Below, piece by piece: positions 37,971-47,580 of a stretch of DNA of 64,000 bases. A program made the position numbers and the translations under genes. Numbering within the stretch: position 1 is the stretch's first letter; each line of letters begins with the position of its first letter. The DNA comes from Dehalococcoidia bacterium (GTDB lineage Bacteria; Chloroflexota; Dehalococcoidia; UBA6926): positions 68,553-132,552 of the forward strand of contig CAXXET010000001.1 in the NCBI GenBank assembly GCA_963666115.2, given 5' to 3'. The notes under the pieces are model-generated. The model did not search any database. It had not been told where the DNA came from and saw only the letters and a program-made list of their open reading frames with translations.

Positions 37971-38414
37971 ATGAACATCACCGGCAGTCATAGTGTTCCT
38001 GCGACGCGTGAGCGTGTGTGGGAGTTGCTGCACGATCCCGGCGCGCTACAGCGGATGGTGCCGGGGTGCCAGACGCTGGACGCGGAATCGGCGACGAGGT
38101 TTTCCGCGACGCTTGCGGTTGGCGTCGGGCCGATCCGCGGGCGGTTCAGCGGCACGGTGGAGATCGAGGACATTGCCGCGAACGAGTCGTATAAGATGAC
38201 GCTGAGCGGGCAGGGGCCGACGGGGTTCGTGTCCGGCGAGGGCACGATCAACCTGACTGCGGATGGCGAGGGCACGCTTGTTGACGTTGAGGCGGACGCG
38301 CAGGTGGGCGGCACGCTCGCGCAGATCGGCTCGCGCATGATTCAGACCGCCGTGCGGATGCTCATGGGGCAGTTCTTCGAGGCTCTCTCACGGGAGGCTG
38401 CCGCGCAGGGATAG
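37971..38414 (+). CDS. coxG: CoxG family protein
   Basis: VWELLHDP...VPGC, VGGTLAQIGSRMI. Confidence 0.88.
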   Translation: MNITGSHSVPATRERVWELLHDPGALQRMVPGCQTLDAESATRFSATLAVGVGPIRGRFSGTVEIEDIAANESYKMTLSGQGPTGFVSGEGTINLTADGEGTLVDVEADAQVGGTLAQIGSRMIQTAVRMLMGQFFEALSREAAAQG

Positions 38415-38483
38415 TTGACCGTCCGCCCGTCGTGGGAATAGCATCGGCAGGGGTAGCACACGGAGGGGAGGGCCTGCTGCGCT

Positions 38484-38963
<480 letters not shown>

Positions 38964-38973
38964 GGCGAGCGCC

Positions 38974-41337
38974 ATGACGACGACAACCGCGCCCCGCCAG
39001 ATCGGCCAGTCGCCCCGCCGCAAGGAGGATGACCGCCTCCTGCGCGGGCAGGGCGCGTTCTCCGATGACATCAACATCCCCGGAACCGTGTGGGCACATT
39101 TCCTTCGCAGCCCGCATGCTCACGCCCGCATCGTCAATATCGATTCTTCAGCCGCGATGGCTCACCCGGGCGCGCTGCGCGTTCTCACCGGGGCGGACGT
39201 CCACCCCCGCTATCATCCCATTCCGCCCGTTCTCGCCGTGCGGGACGCGGAGAACCGCGACAACGAGGGCGGCGCGCCCGCGTTCACCCTCATCGCCACG
39301 GGCAAGGCCAAGTATGCCGGGGAGATCGTTGCCGTCGTCGTCGCGGAAACCCGTGAGGCGGCGCGCGACGCTGCCGACCTGGTGATGGTGGACTATGAGC
39401 CGCTGCCGGTGGCCAACACGCCCGAGCAGGCGATGGAGCCCGGCGCGCCGGAGGTGCATGACGGCCGCTCCAATGAGCAGGTGCGGTGGCTCAAGAGCAC
39501 GGAGAACGTGTCCAGCACGTTCGAGGACTCGGAGATCATCCTGCGGCATGATTTCAACAACCAGCGCATTCACGCCGTGCCCATGGAGCCGCGCGCCGGC
39601 ATTGCCCACTGGGACCCCGCCACGCGGTTCCTCACCATCTGGGCGTCGATCCAGGGCGCGCACGAGCTGCGAACGCAGATGGCCGAGGTGCTGGGACTGT
39701 CTCCCGATCAGATTCGCTCCATCGCGCCGGACGTGGGGGGCGGATTCGGCGCGAAGCACGGCGGGGAAGTGGAGTATTTCCTGCTGGCCATTGCGTCGAT
39801 GGAACTGGGACTGCCCGTCAAGTGGGCCGCGTCGCGCACGGAAGAGTTCCTTTCTCTCAGCCATGCGCGCGGGAAGACCTCGGAGTTTGAAGTGGCCGCG
39901 GACCGCGATGGCCGCGTCAAGGCTCTTCGCCTCCGCCACACCACTGACCTGGGCGCGTTTCCCAAGGGGGCAACCCCAATCGTCGCGCAAACATCCGCCA
40001 TCATCGCAACCGGCGTCTACGGCATTCGAGAGGCCGCGTTTGAAGTCCATTCCGTCTATACCAACCACACGCCGGAGGGCGCGTACCGCGGGTACGGCCG
40101 GCCTGAGGGCATCTACCTGATCGAACGGGCCATGGACATGCTGGCCCGCGACCTGGACATCGACCCTGCCGAAATCCGCAGGCGGAACATGATCCAACCG
40201 GAGGAGTTCCCGTATTACCGCACGCCCGGCGGAGACATCTATGACAGCGGCAACTACCCGGAGGCGTTGGAGCGGGCGCTGGAGGTCAGCGACTACGCAG
40301 GCTTGCGCGCGCGGCAGCGCGACATGCGCGCGGACGGGAAATACCTGGGAATCGGGCTTGCCTCCTGGGTCAAGACCGGCGGTTTTGGCCCGTCGTCGCT
40401 CGATCCCTCCTCGTCCATGCCGGAGTGGGCGCGCGTGAAAGTATCCCCCGCCGGCGCCGTGACCATCTACACCGGCTCGTCGCCGCACGGGCAGGGCAAC
40501 TACACCACGTACGCGCAGGTGGCGGCGGACACCTTGCACGTCCCGCTGGACGACATCTCCGTGACGCACGGCGACACGGCGACGGTCACGTACGGCATGG
40601 GCACCTTTGCCAGCCGCAACATGGTCGTGGGCGGCACAGCCGTCCTCCAGTCATCCCAGAAGGTTCTGGACAAGATGAGCCGGTTCGCGGCCCACGCGCT
40701 TGGCAGTGACCCGGACAGTGTGGAGTTCACGAACGGCGTGTTCAGCGCCAACGGCTCGTCCATCACGTTCCGCGAGGTTGCCGCCCGCATCAACCAGGTC
40801 TTGGAACGGCCTCAGGGCATGGAAATGGGCCTCGACGAGTCCTCGTTCTACCAGCCGACCCACCTCACCTTCAATTACGGAACCTACGTTGCCGTCGTTG
40901 AGGTTGACCCGGAAACGGGCGACGTTGACCTGCAGCAGTTGTTCTGCGTGGATGACCAGGGCGTCGTCGTTCATCCCGTCATCGTGGAAGGGCAGGTTCA
41001 CGGCGGCGCGGCGCAGGGAATCGGCCAGGCTCTGTACGAGGACATCGTGTACGACGAGAACGGGCAGTTGCTCAGCGGGTCATTGATGGACTACGCACTG
41101 CCGACGGCGGAAATGATGCCGGAGTTCATCTCCGAGTTCATCGAGACCCCGTCGCCCACGAACCCGCTCGGTGTCAAGGGCATGGGAGAGGGGCCGACGA
41201 CGGGCGCGCCGCCCGCCGTGGTCAACGCGGTTGTTGACGCGCTCGCCCCGTTCAACGTTCGTGACATCGCGATGCCGCTGACGCCGGAGCGCGTGTGGCG
41301 CGCCATCCAGGACGCGCAGAATGGAGACGAGTCATGA
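38974..41337 (+). CDS. Xanthine oxidase-family Mo large subunit 1 (form II CoxL-like)
   Basis: RSPHAHA, GGGFGAK, AYRGYGRPE, HGQG, EGQVHGG, KGMGE. Confidence 0.92.
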   Translation: MTTTTAPRQIGQSPRRKEDDRLLRGQGAFSDDINIPGTVWAHFLRSPHAHARIVNIDSSAAMAHPGALRVLTGADVHPRYHPIPPVLAVRDAENRDNEGGAPAFTLIATGKAKYAGEIVAVVVAETREAARDAADLVMVDYEPLPVANTPEQAMEPGAPEVHDGRSNEQVRWLKSTENVSSTFEDSEIILRHDFNNQRIHAVPMEPRAGIAHWDPATRFLTIWASIQGAHELRTQMAEVLGLSPDQIRSIAPDVGGGFGAKHGGEVEYFLLAIASMELGLPVKWAASRTEEFLSLSHARGKTSEFEVAADRDGRVKALRLRHTTDLGAFPKGATPIVAQTSAIIATGVYGIREAAFEVHSVYTNHTPEGAYRGYGRPEGIYLIERAMDMLARDLDIDPAEIRRRNMIQPEEFPYYRTPGGDIYDSGNYPEALERALEVSDYAGLRARQRDMRADGKYLGIGLASWVKTGGFGPSSLDPSSSMPEWARVKVSPAGAVTIYTGSSPHGQGNYTTYAQVAADTLHVPLDDISVTHGDTATVTYGMGTFASRNMVVGGTAVLQSSQKVLDKMSRFAAHALGSDPDSVEFTNGVFSANGSSITFREVAARINQVLERPQGMEMGLDESSFYQPTHLTFNYGTYVAVVEVDPETGDVDLQQLFCVDDQGVVVHPVIVEGQVHGGAAQGIGQALYEDIVYDENGQLLSGSLMDYALPTAEMMPEFISEFIETPSPTNPLGVKGMGEGPTTGAPPAVVNAVVDALAPFNVRDIAMPLTPERVWRAIQDAQNGDES

Positions 41338-42206
41338 TTCCAGGCGCTTTCGACTACGCCGCCCCCGATACGGTCGCCGAGGCGATAACTCTCCTCCAGC
41401 AGCGGCCCGGCGAGGGCAAGGTCATCGCCGGCGGGCAGAGCCTCCTGCCGATGATGAAGCTCCGCGTTGCCATGCCGGGCCTCGTGGTTGACCTCCGCAA
41501 GACGCGCGGCGAACTGTCCCATATCAGCACGGACGGCAGCAATCTGCGAATCGGCGCAATGACGAGCCATGCCCACGTCGCCGGTTCCGACGTGGTGCAG
41601 GACACGCTGCCGGTGTTGGCCGAAACGGCTGCGGAGATTGCGGACGTGCAGGTGCGAAATCTCGGTACCCTCGGCGGCAGCATTGCCCATGCCGACCCAG
41701 TTGCCGACTATCCCGCCACGCTGCTTGCGCTGGACGCGCAGACGGAGATTGCGGGGCCGAACGGAGCGCGGATCGTATCCGTTGATGAACTCATCATGGA
41801 TGCGTTCATTACCACGCTCGCCGAGGACGAAATCATCACCCAGATCATCATTCCCATTCCCGAGGGGGCCACGGGCGCGGCCTATCTGAAGTTCGCAAAC
41901 AAGGCGTCCCACTTTGCGATCGTGGGCGTGGCGGCGCTGGTTCGCCTTGATGACAGCGGCTATCTGTCCCGCGTATCCGTCGGCATAACCGGCGCGGCGT
42001 CGCGCGCGGCCCGCGCGACAGCCGTCGAAGAGACTTTGAGAGGGCAGGTGCCGACGGCGGACGCCATCGCGACAGCGTCCAATCTGGCTGCGGACGGGCT
42101 TGAGTGCATTGCAGACCTGCACGGCTCGCCCGAATACCGCGCGAATCTCTGCCGCGTCCTAACCCGCCGCGCCCTCACGCAAGCGGTGCAGCGCGCCCGG
42201 GAATAG
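41334..42206 (+). CDS. coxM: Mo-hydroxylase FAD medium subunit
   Basis: MIPGAFDY, AGGQSL, VRNLGTLGGS.AHADP. Confidence 0.93.
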   Translation: MIPGAFDYAAPDTVAEAITLLQQRPGEGKVIAGGQSLLPMMKLRVAMPGLVVDLRKTRGELSHISTDGSNLRIGAMTSHAHVAGSDVVQDTLPVLAETAAEIADVQVRNLGTLGGSIAHADPVADYPATLLALDAQTEIAGPNGARIVSVDELIMDAFITTLAEDEIITQIIIPIPEGATGAAYLKFANKASHFAIVGVAALVRLDDSGYLSRVSVGITGAASRAARATAVEETLRGQVPTADAIATASNLAADGLECIADLHGSPEYRANLCRVLTRRALTQAVQRARE

Positions 42207-42225
42207 CCGCGAGAAAGGACAAGCC

Positions 42226-44556
42226 ATGGCCACTGCCACCAAACTCGTCGGTCAGTCGGTCGCCCGCCGTGAAGACGAAAAACTCCTGCGCGGGCGCGGC
42301 GCGTTTGTCGAGGACATCGCTATCCCCGGCACACAATGGCTCTCCTTCGTCCGCAGCCCCCACGCCCACGCCCGCATCCGCAGCATCGATACCTCAGAAG
42401 CTCTTTCCATGCCAGGAGTCACCGCCGTCCTCACCGGCAAGGACGTCCACCCCCGCTATGGAACGAATCCAACCATCTCGCTCGCTTTCTATGACACGGA
42501 ATCCGCGCCCTACGACTTGATCGCCGTCAACGCAGCCCGCCACGTTGGAGAGGTCGTGGCAGTCGTCATTGCCGATTCACGGTACGGCGCGCGTGACGCC
42601 GCCGATCTCATCTACGTCGACTATGAGCCGCTGGATGCCGTCGTGGACGTTGAAACCGCCCTGCGGGATGACGCGCCAAAGGTCCATGAGGATAGGCCGA
42701 ACGGCGTCGTTTCGTGGCGCTACCGGGTCGGCAACGTCTCACAGGCATTTGAGGAGGCGCACGTTATTGTCCGGGAGCGCATTGTCAACCAGCGCATTCA
42801 CGGCGTGCCCATGGAGCCTCGCGCCGGGCTGGCGCACTGGGACGCGGTACAGGAGCGGATGAGCCTGTGGGCGACGGTGCAAACTCCCCACACGCTCCGC
42901 GACCATCTCGCCGAAATCATGGCATTGCCCCGGGAAAGCGTCCGCGTCGTCGCGCCCGACGTCGGCGGCGGTTTCGGCGTCAAGCACGAGGACCCGGAAT
43001 ACGCGCTCCTGTGCATCGCCTCAAAGGAGCTTGGCGCGCCCGTCAAGTGGGTCGCCACCCGCTCCGAAGACTTTTTGGCGATGCAGCAGGCGCGCGGCAA
43101 GACTTCGTACCTCGAAGTGTCCGCGGACGCCGACGGCAAACTCACCGGCCTCCGCGTCCGACACCTCCACGACCTCGGCGCCTACGCCAAGGGCCCGGAG
43201 CCGCAGCATTCAGCGTCCTCCGTCATGATCTCCACCGGCGTCTACAACATCCCCAACGTGGAGTTTGAGGCCCACAACGCCTACACCCACAAGACGCCGC
43301 AAGGCCCCTACCGCGGCGCGGGCAGGCCGGAGGGAATCCATCTCATCGAGCGCGGAATGGATCGGCTCGCCGGGGAGCTCGGCCTTGATCCCACCGAGAT
43401 CCGCCGCCGCAACTACCTCCCCCCGTTCGATCAGCCAACCCGCTCCGGCGGCGGCGACGTGTTCGACAGCGGCAACTACGAAGCATCCCTCAATCAGGTC
43501 ATGGAGTTGAGCGACTACCAACAGCTGCGCGAACAGCAAAGCGAGGCTCGAGCCGGGGGGCGTCACATGGGCATCGGCGTCGCCTCATGGGTCAAGACGG
43601 GCGGCTCCGGCCCCAGCCCGCTCGATCCCACCAGCAACCGCTACGAATGGGGCAGGGTGCGCGTTGACCGCGGCGGCAAGGTCACGCTGTTCACCGGCTC
43701 GTCGCCGCACGGGCAGGGCGGCGAGACCGTCTTTGCCCAGATCGTCGCCGATGTTTTCGGCATCTCAGATGGCGACGTGACCGTTCTCCACGGCGACACG
43801 GCCACGGTCGCGCACGGCGTGGGAACATACGGAAGCCGCGCGCTTGTGACGGGCGGCATGTCCGCCAAGATCGCTGCTGAGAAGGTGCGCGACAAGATGC
43901 TCAGGCTCGCCGCCCACATGATGGACTGCCAGCCCGACCAGGTGACGCTGGAAGGCGGCGTGTTCATTTGCGCGACGGACAGACAGCGCCACCTCGCGTT
44001 TGCCGAAGTCGCCCTGGCTGCCCATCAGAAGCTCGAGCGGCCCGATGACATGGAGTTCGGCCTGGATGAGGACTCGTTCTACCAGCCCAGCGGCCTGACC
44101 TATAACTTCGGCACGTACATTGCCGTGGTTGACGTGGACACGGAGACCGGCGACGTGGACCTGCAGCGCCTGTATACCGTCGATGACCAAGGCGTCATCG
44201 TGAATCCCATGACGGTAGAGGGGCAGGTGCATGGCGGCGCGACACAGGGGATCGGGCAGGCGTTGTACGAAATCTCTGAGTACGACCAAGCCGGCCAGAT
44301 CCTGAACGGCTCGCTGATGGACTACGCGATACCGACGGCGGAGATGACGCCGGAGTTCGTGGTGGCGTTCTCGGAGACGCCATCGCCGCTCAACTCGCTG
44401 GGCGTGAAGGGCATGGGCGAAGGCCCCACCACAGGCGCCCCCTCCGCTGTCGTCAACGCAGTAGTAGACGCCCTCTCCCCACTAGGCGTAACCCACATAG
44501 AAATGCCCCTAACCCCCGAACGAGTCTGGCGCGCCATCCAGGACACGCAGGGCTAA
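42226..44556 (+). CDS. Xanthine oxidase-family Mo large subunit 2 (form II CoxL-like)
   Basis: GGGFGVK, PYRGAGRPE, HGQG, KGMGE; paralogue of 38974-41337. Confidence 0.92.
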   Translation: MATATKLVGQSVARREDEKLLRGRGAFVEDIAIPGTQWLSFVRSPHAHARIRSIDTSEALSMPGVTAVLTGKDVHPRYGTNPTISLAFYDTESAPYDLIAVNAARHVGEVVAVVIADSRYGARDAADLIYVDYEPLDAVVDVETALRDDAPKVHEDRPNGVVSWRYRVGNVSQAFEEAHVIVRERIVNQRIHGVPMEPRAGLAHWDAVQERMSLWATVQTPHTLRDHLAEIMALPRESVRVVAPDVGGGFGVKHEDPEYALLCIASKELGAPVKWVATRSEDFLAMQQARGKTSYLEVSADADGKLTGLRVRHLHDLGAYAKGPEPQHSASSVMISTGVYNIPNVEFEAHNAYTHKTPQGPYRGAGRPEGIHLIERGMDRLAGELGLDPTEIRRRNYLPPFDQPTRSGGGDVFDSGNYEASLNQVMELSDYQQLREQQSEARAGGRHMGIGVASWVKTGGSGPSPLDPTSNRYEWGRVRVDRGGKVTLFTGSSPHGQGGETVFAQIVADVFGISDGDVTVLHGDTATVAHGVGTYGSRALVTGGMSAKIAAEKVRDKMLRLAAHMMDCQPDQVTLEGGVFICATDRQRHLAFAEVALAAHQKLERPDDMEFGLDEDSFYQPSGLTYNFGTYIAVVDVDTETGDVDLQRLYTVDDQGVIVNPMTVEGQVHGGATQGIGQALYEISEYDQAGQILNGSLMDYAIPTAEMTPEFVVAFSETPSPLNSLGVKGMGEGPTTGAPSAVVNAVVDALSPLGVTHIEMPLTPERVWRAIQDTQG

Positions 44557-44652
44557 GTGAAGAGGGCAGTAGCTCAACAGAGACGATTCTCTGCTTTCGA
44601 CTGGGCAAGTATCATTAACACAGTTGAGGCCGCTCTGATCTAACGGAGGTGC

Positions 44653-45861
44653 ATGATGGATGGTACACCGCTGCTGCGGAGCATCCGCTTGGAGAATCTC
44701 CTATCCTTCGGCCCGGAAAGCTCTGAATTTCCCCTACGGCCACTAAATGTCCTGATCGGCCCGAATGCATCAGGCAAGTCTAATCTGCTGGATGCCGTGA
44801 GCCTCCTGGTAGCGATGCCAAATGACCTTCAGCAAGGAATACGCTCAGGAGGTGGCAGTAAAGACTGGCTATGGAAAGGGACGGGTGGCAGTCCAACTGC
44901 CACCATTGACGTCACAGTCCCCAATTTGCCTCCGCAAGTGATCCCGATACGCTACAAGATTTCCTTTACGGAGGCTGCGGGACGCTTTGACCTGGTTGAT
45001 GAGGCCATAGAGGGCGAGAGGCCAACGTCGTCCCAATTGCGTGAGCCATTCATTTACTACCGTTACCAAAATGGGAATCCGGCCATCAGCGTGATCGAGA
45101 CACTGCCGGACAATCGCAGGGAGAGGCAGTTGACCCGGGAGGATGTATCTGCCGACCAATCTATCCTCTCCCAGCGGAAGGACCCACTCGTTTATCCCGA
45201 GATAACGCACGTTGGTCGATTGTTCCAGGGGATCGCTTCGTATAGAGAATGGCAGATGTCTCGTCATTCACCTGCGCGGGCGCCTCAGCCGACTGATGGC
45301 CCACAGGGCGTCCTCGATCCTAGTGGTTCAAACCTTGCCTTGGTCCTGAGTGATCTGATGAACTACCCATCGGCAAAGGAAGAGATTCTTGAGCGAATGA
45401 GGAAGTTTTACCCCGCGTTTCGCGACCTAACTACCCCCGTGAACGCCGGCACAGTGCGCGTGTTTTTCCACGAAAATGATCTTCGGCAGGCGATACCGGC
45501 GTCACGGCTTTCCGATGGCAGTATGCGTTTTCTTTGCCTGTTGGCGATACTGTGCCACCCGAGCCCACCTCCAATTGTGTGTCTGGAAGAGCCGGAGATT
45601 GGACTGCATCCCGACGCCATCGCCGATTTGGCGGAGCTTCTCAAGAGCGCGGCTTCTCGGTGTCAACTATTCGTGACCACCCACTCAGACACTCTGATTG
45701 ATCACCTGTCCGACGTTTCCGATGCTGTAATCGTGTGCGAGAATGTCGGCGGCTCAACCCAATTGCGGCGCATGGACGCTGATTCTCTAAAACCGTGGCT
45801 CGAAGATTACTCGCTTGGAGAGCTGTGGAATCGAGGCAAGATTGGGGGCAATAGGTGGTGA
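44653..45861 (+). CDS. AAA_21/AAA_15-type ABC-like ATPase
   Basis: GPNASGKSN, LSDGS, LEEPEIGLHP, TTHS. Confidence 0.9.
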   Translation: MMDGTPLLRSIRLENLLSFGPESSEFPLRPLNVLIGPNASGKSNLLDAVSLLVAMPNDLQQGIRSGGGSKDWLWKGTGGSPTATIDVTVPNLPPQVIPIRYKISFTEAAGRFDLVDEAIEGERPTSSQLREPFIYYRYQNGNPAISVIETLPDNRRERQLTREDVSADQSILSQRKDPLVYPEITHVGRLFQGIASYREWQMSRHSPARAPQPTDGPQGVLDPSGSNLALVLSDLMNYPSAKEEILERMRKFYPAFRDLTTPVNAGTVRVFFHENDLRQAIPASRLSDGSMRFLCLLAILCHPSPPPIVCLEEPEIGLHPDAIADLAELLKSAASRCQLFVTTHSDTLIDHLSDVSDAVIVCENVGGSTQLRRMDADSLKPWLEDYSLGELWNRGKIGGNRW

Positions 45862-46451
45862 AGGTGACCATCTATGTTGAAGGCGGTGGCAACAGCAGAC
45901 TTGCCAGGGAGTGTGGCCAAGCATTCAGCCAATTCATTCGCCAGTCTGGTGTGCCAGGTGGCGCCTTTCAGATAGTTGCCAGTGGTAGCCGAGGCGAGGC
46001 CCGCAGAGACTTTGAGCGGGCGCTACGGCAATCGGAAGACGCGCTTCTTCTGGTCGATGCAGAAGGCCCGGTCTCGGCAGATAGCCCTTGGGACCATCTT
46101 CGGCAGTCCGACAACTGGGATCGCCCTCAACATGCGCGAGACGAAGATTGTCATCTCATGGTGCAGCTAATGGAATCGTGGTTCCTTGCAGATAAGGCTT
46201 CCGTGGAGACCTTCTATCGGCAGGGTTTCCGACTGTCGGCGCTGCCGGCAGAGAGCAATATTGAGTTAGTTGCGCGGGACGGCGTACTTCAAGCATTTCG
46301 TTCGGCATCAAGCAGCACTGGCAAGGGCGCCTACAACAAGGCCCGACATGCATTCAAGATTCTCGCCTTGATCGATCCCGCAAAGGTGCGCGATGCCTCA
46401 CCTTGGGCTAACCGTCTCCTTGAAACTCTCGCAAGCAAAACCGCCGTGTAG
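45858..46451 (+). CDS. DUF4276 family (TOPRIM-like) protein
   Basis: IYVEGG, LLVDAE, MVQLMESWFLAD, YNK; GTGA overlap with the ATPase. Confidence 0.82.
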   Translation: MKVTIYVEGGGNSRLARECGQAFSQFIRQSGVPGGAFQIVASGSRGEARRDFERALRQSEDALLLVDAEGPVSADSPWDHLRQSDNWDRPQHARDEDCHLMVQLMESWFLADKASVETFYRQGFRLSALPAESNIELVARDGVLQAFRSASSSTGKGAYNKARHAFKILALIDPAKVRDASPWANRLLETLASKTAV

Positions 46452-46469
46452 AGTAGTGTTGCTCACGCG

Positions 46470-47573
46470 CTAGCGCCCGCTCACGTTGAATAGGAAGGTT
46501 ACTACGTCTCCGTCCTGGATGACGTAGGTTTTGCCCTCCTGGCGGAGGGCGCCGCGGCGGCGGGCTTCCGGGAATTTTCCGTCCACTGCGATGAAATCGT
46601 CATAGGATGTGACCTCGGCGCGGATGAATCCCCGTTCCATGTCCGTGTGAATCTTCCTGCCCGCCGCCCGGGGCGCGGCAGTGCCCGCCTCAAGCTGCCA
46701 GGCGCGCGTTTCATTCGGCCCAACCGTATAGAACGTGATCAGGCCCGCAACGGACTGCGCCAGCCGCGACATCTCACCGATGGCATCGGCCGGCGCGCCC
46801 ATCTCCTCCCTGAATGCCGCAGCCTCCTCCGGCTCAAGCTGCGACAGCTCTTCCTCCAGCCGGGCGGAGAGCGCGATGCACCCCGTCGTCGGCCCACCGT
46901 GCCGCGCGTTCCATCCCGCCGACAGATCATCGCTCCGCGCCAGGTCATCCTCAGAAATGTTCAGAACGATGATGAGCGGTTTCGTCGTCAGGAACGTGAA
47001 CCCGGAGATCATGCGCTCCTCGTCCGGCGTCATATCTACGCTTCGGATAGCATCGCCGTTTTCGAGCGCGGCGTGGAGCCGACGCAGCAGGTTGGCTTCA
47101 GCCAGCAGCCCCTCTCGCTCAGTCGCCCGCGCACCTTTCAGCGAATCCTCGATGCGTTCAAGCCGCCGCGCAACGATGGCCGTGTCCGCGAACACCATCT
47201 CCATGAGCATCGTTTCGACGTCGGCATCCGGCGTGGGATCGGGCAGGGCCGGGGAGCGGAAAGCGCGGACGACGAGCATCAGCGCGTCGGTCTGGCTGAC
47301 CTCCAGCAGGTACTGTCCCTGGATGCCCTTTGACTTGCCGAGTTCCGGCGGCTGTCCCGGGATGTCGATGAACGAAAGCTCCGCGTGCACGACGCGCTTT
47401 GGCTCAACCAGCTTCGTAATGCGGTCCAGCCGGGGGTCAGGAATGCGGACGACTCCAAGATTCGGCTGCGCGGTTCCTGCGCCGAAACCACCGGTCTCGG
47501 CGTGGGCGTGGGTGAGCGCGTTGAGCAGCGTGGTCTTGCCGCCGGAGGGCAGGCCGATGATGCCAACGTCCAT
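46470..47573 (-). CDS. ychF: Obg-family ATPase YchF
   Basis: GLPSGGKTT, IPDPRL, IHTDMERGFIRAEV, EGKTYVIQDGD. Confidence 0.92.
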   Translation of the reverse strand: MDVGIIGLPSGGKTTLLNALTHAHAETGGFGAGTAQPNLGVVRIPDPRLDRITKLVEPKRVVHAELSFIDIPGQPPELGKSKGIQGQYLLEVSQTDALMLVVRAFRSPALPDPTPDADVETMLMEMVFADTAIVARRLERIEDSLKGARATEREGLLAEANLLRRLHAALENGDAIRSVDMTPDEERMISGFTFLTTKPLIIVLNISEDDLARSDDLSAGWNARHGGPTTGCIALSARLEEELSQLEPEEAAAFREEMGAPADAIGEMSRLAQSVAGLITFYTVGPNETRAWQLEAGTAAPRAAGRKIHTDMERGFIRAEVTSYDDFIAVDGKFPEARRRGALRQEGKTYVIQDGDVVTFLFNVSGR

Positions 47574-47580
47574 CGCGCGG

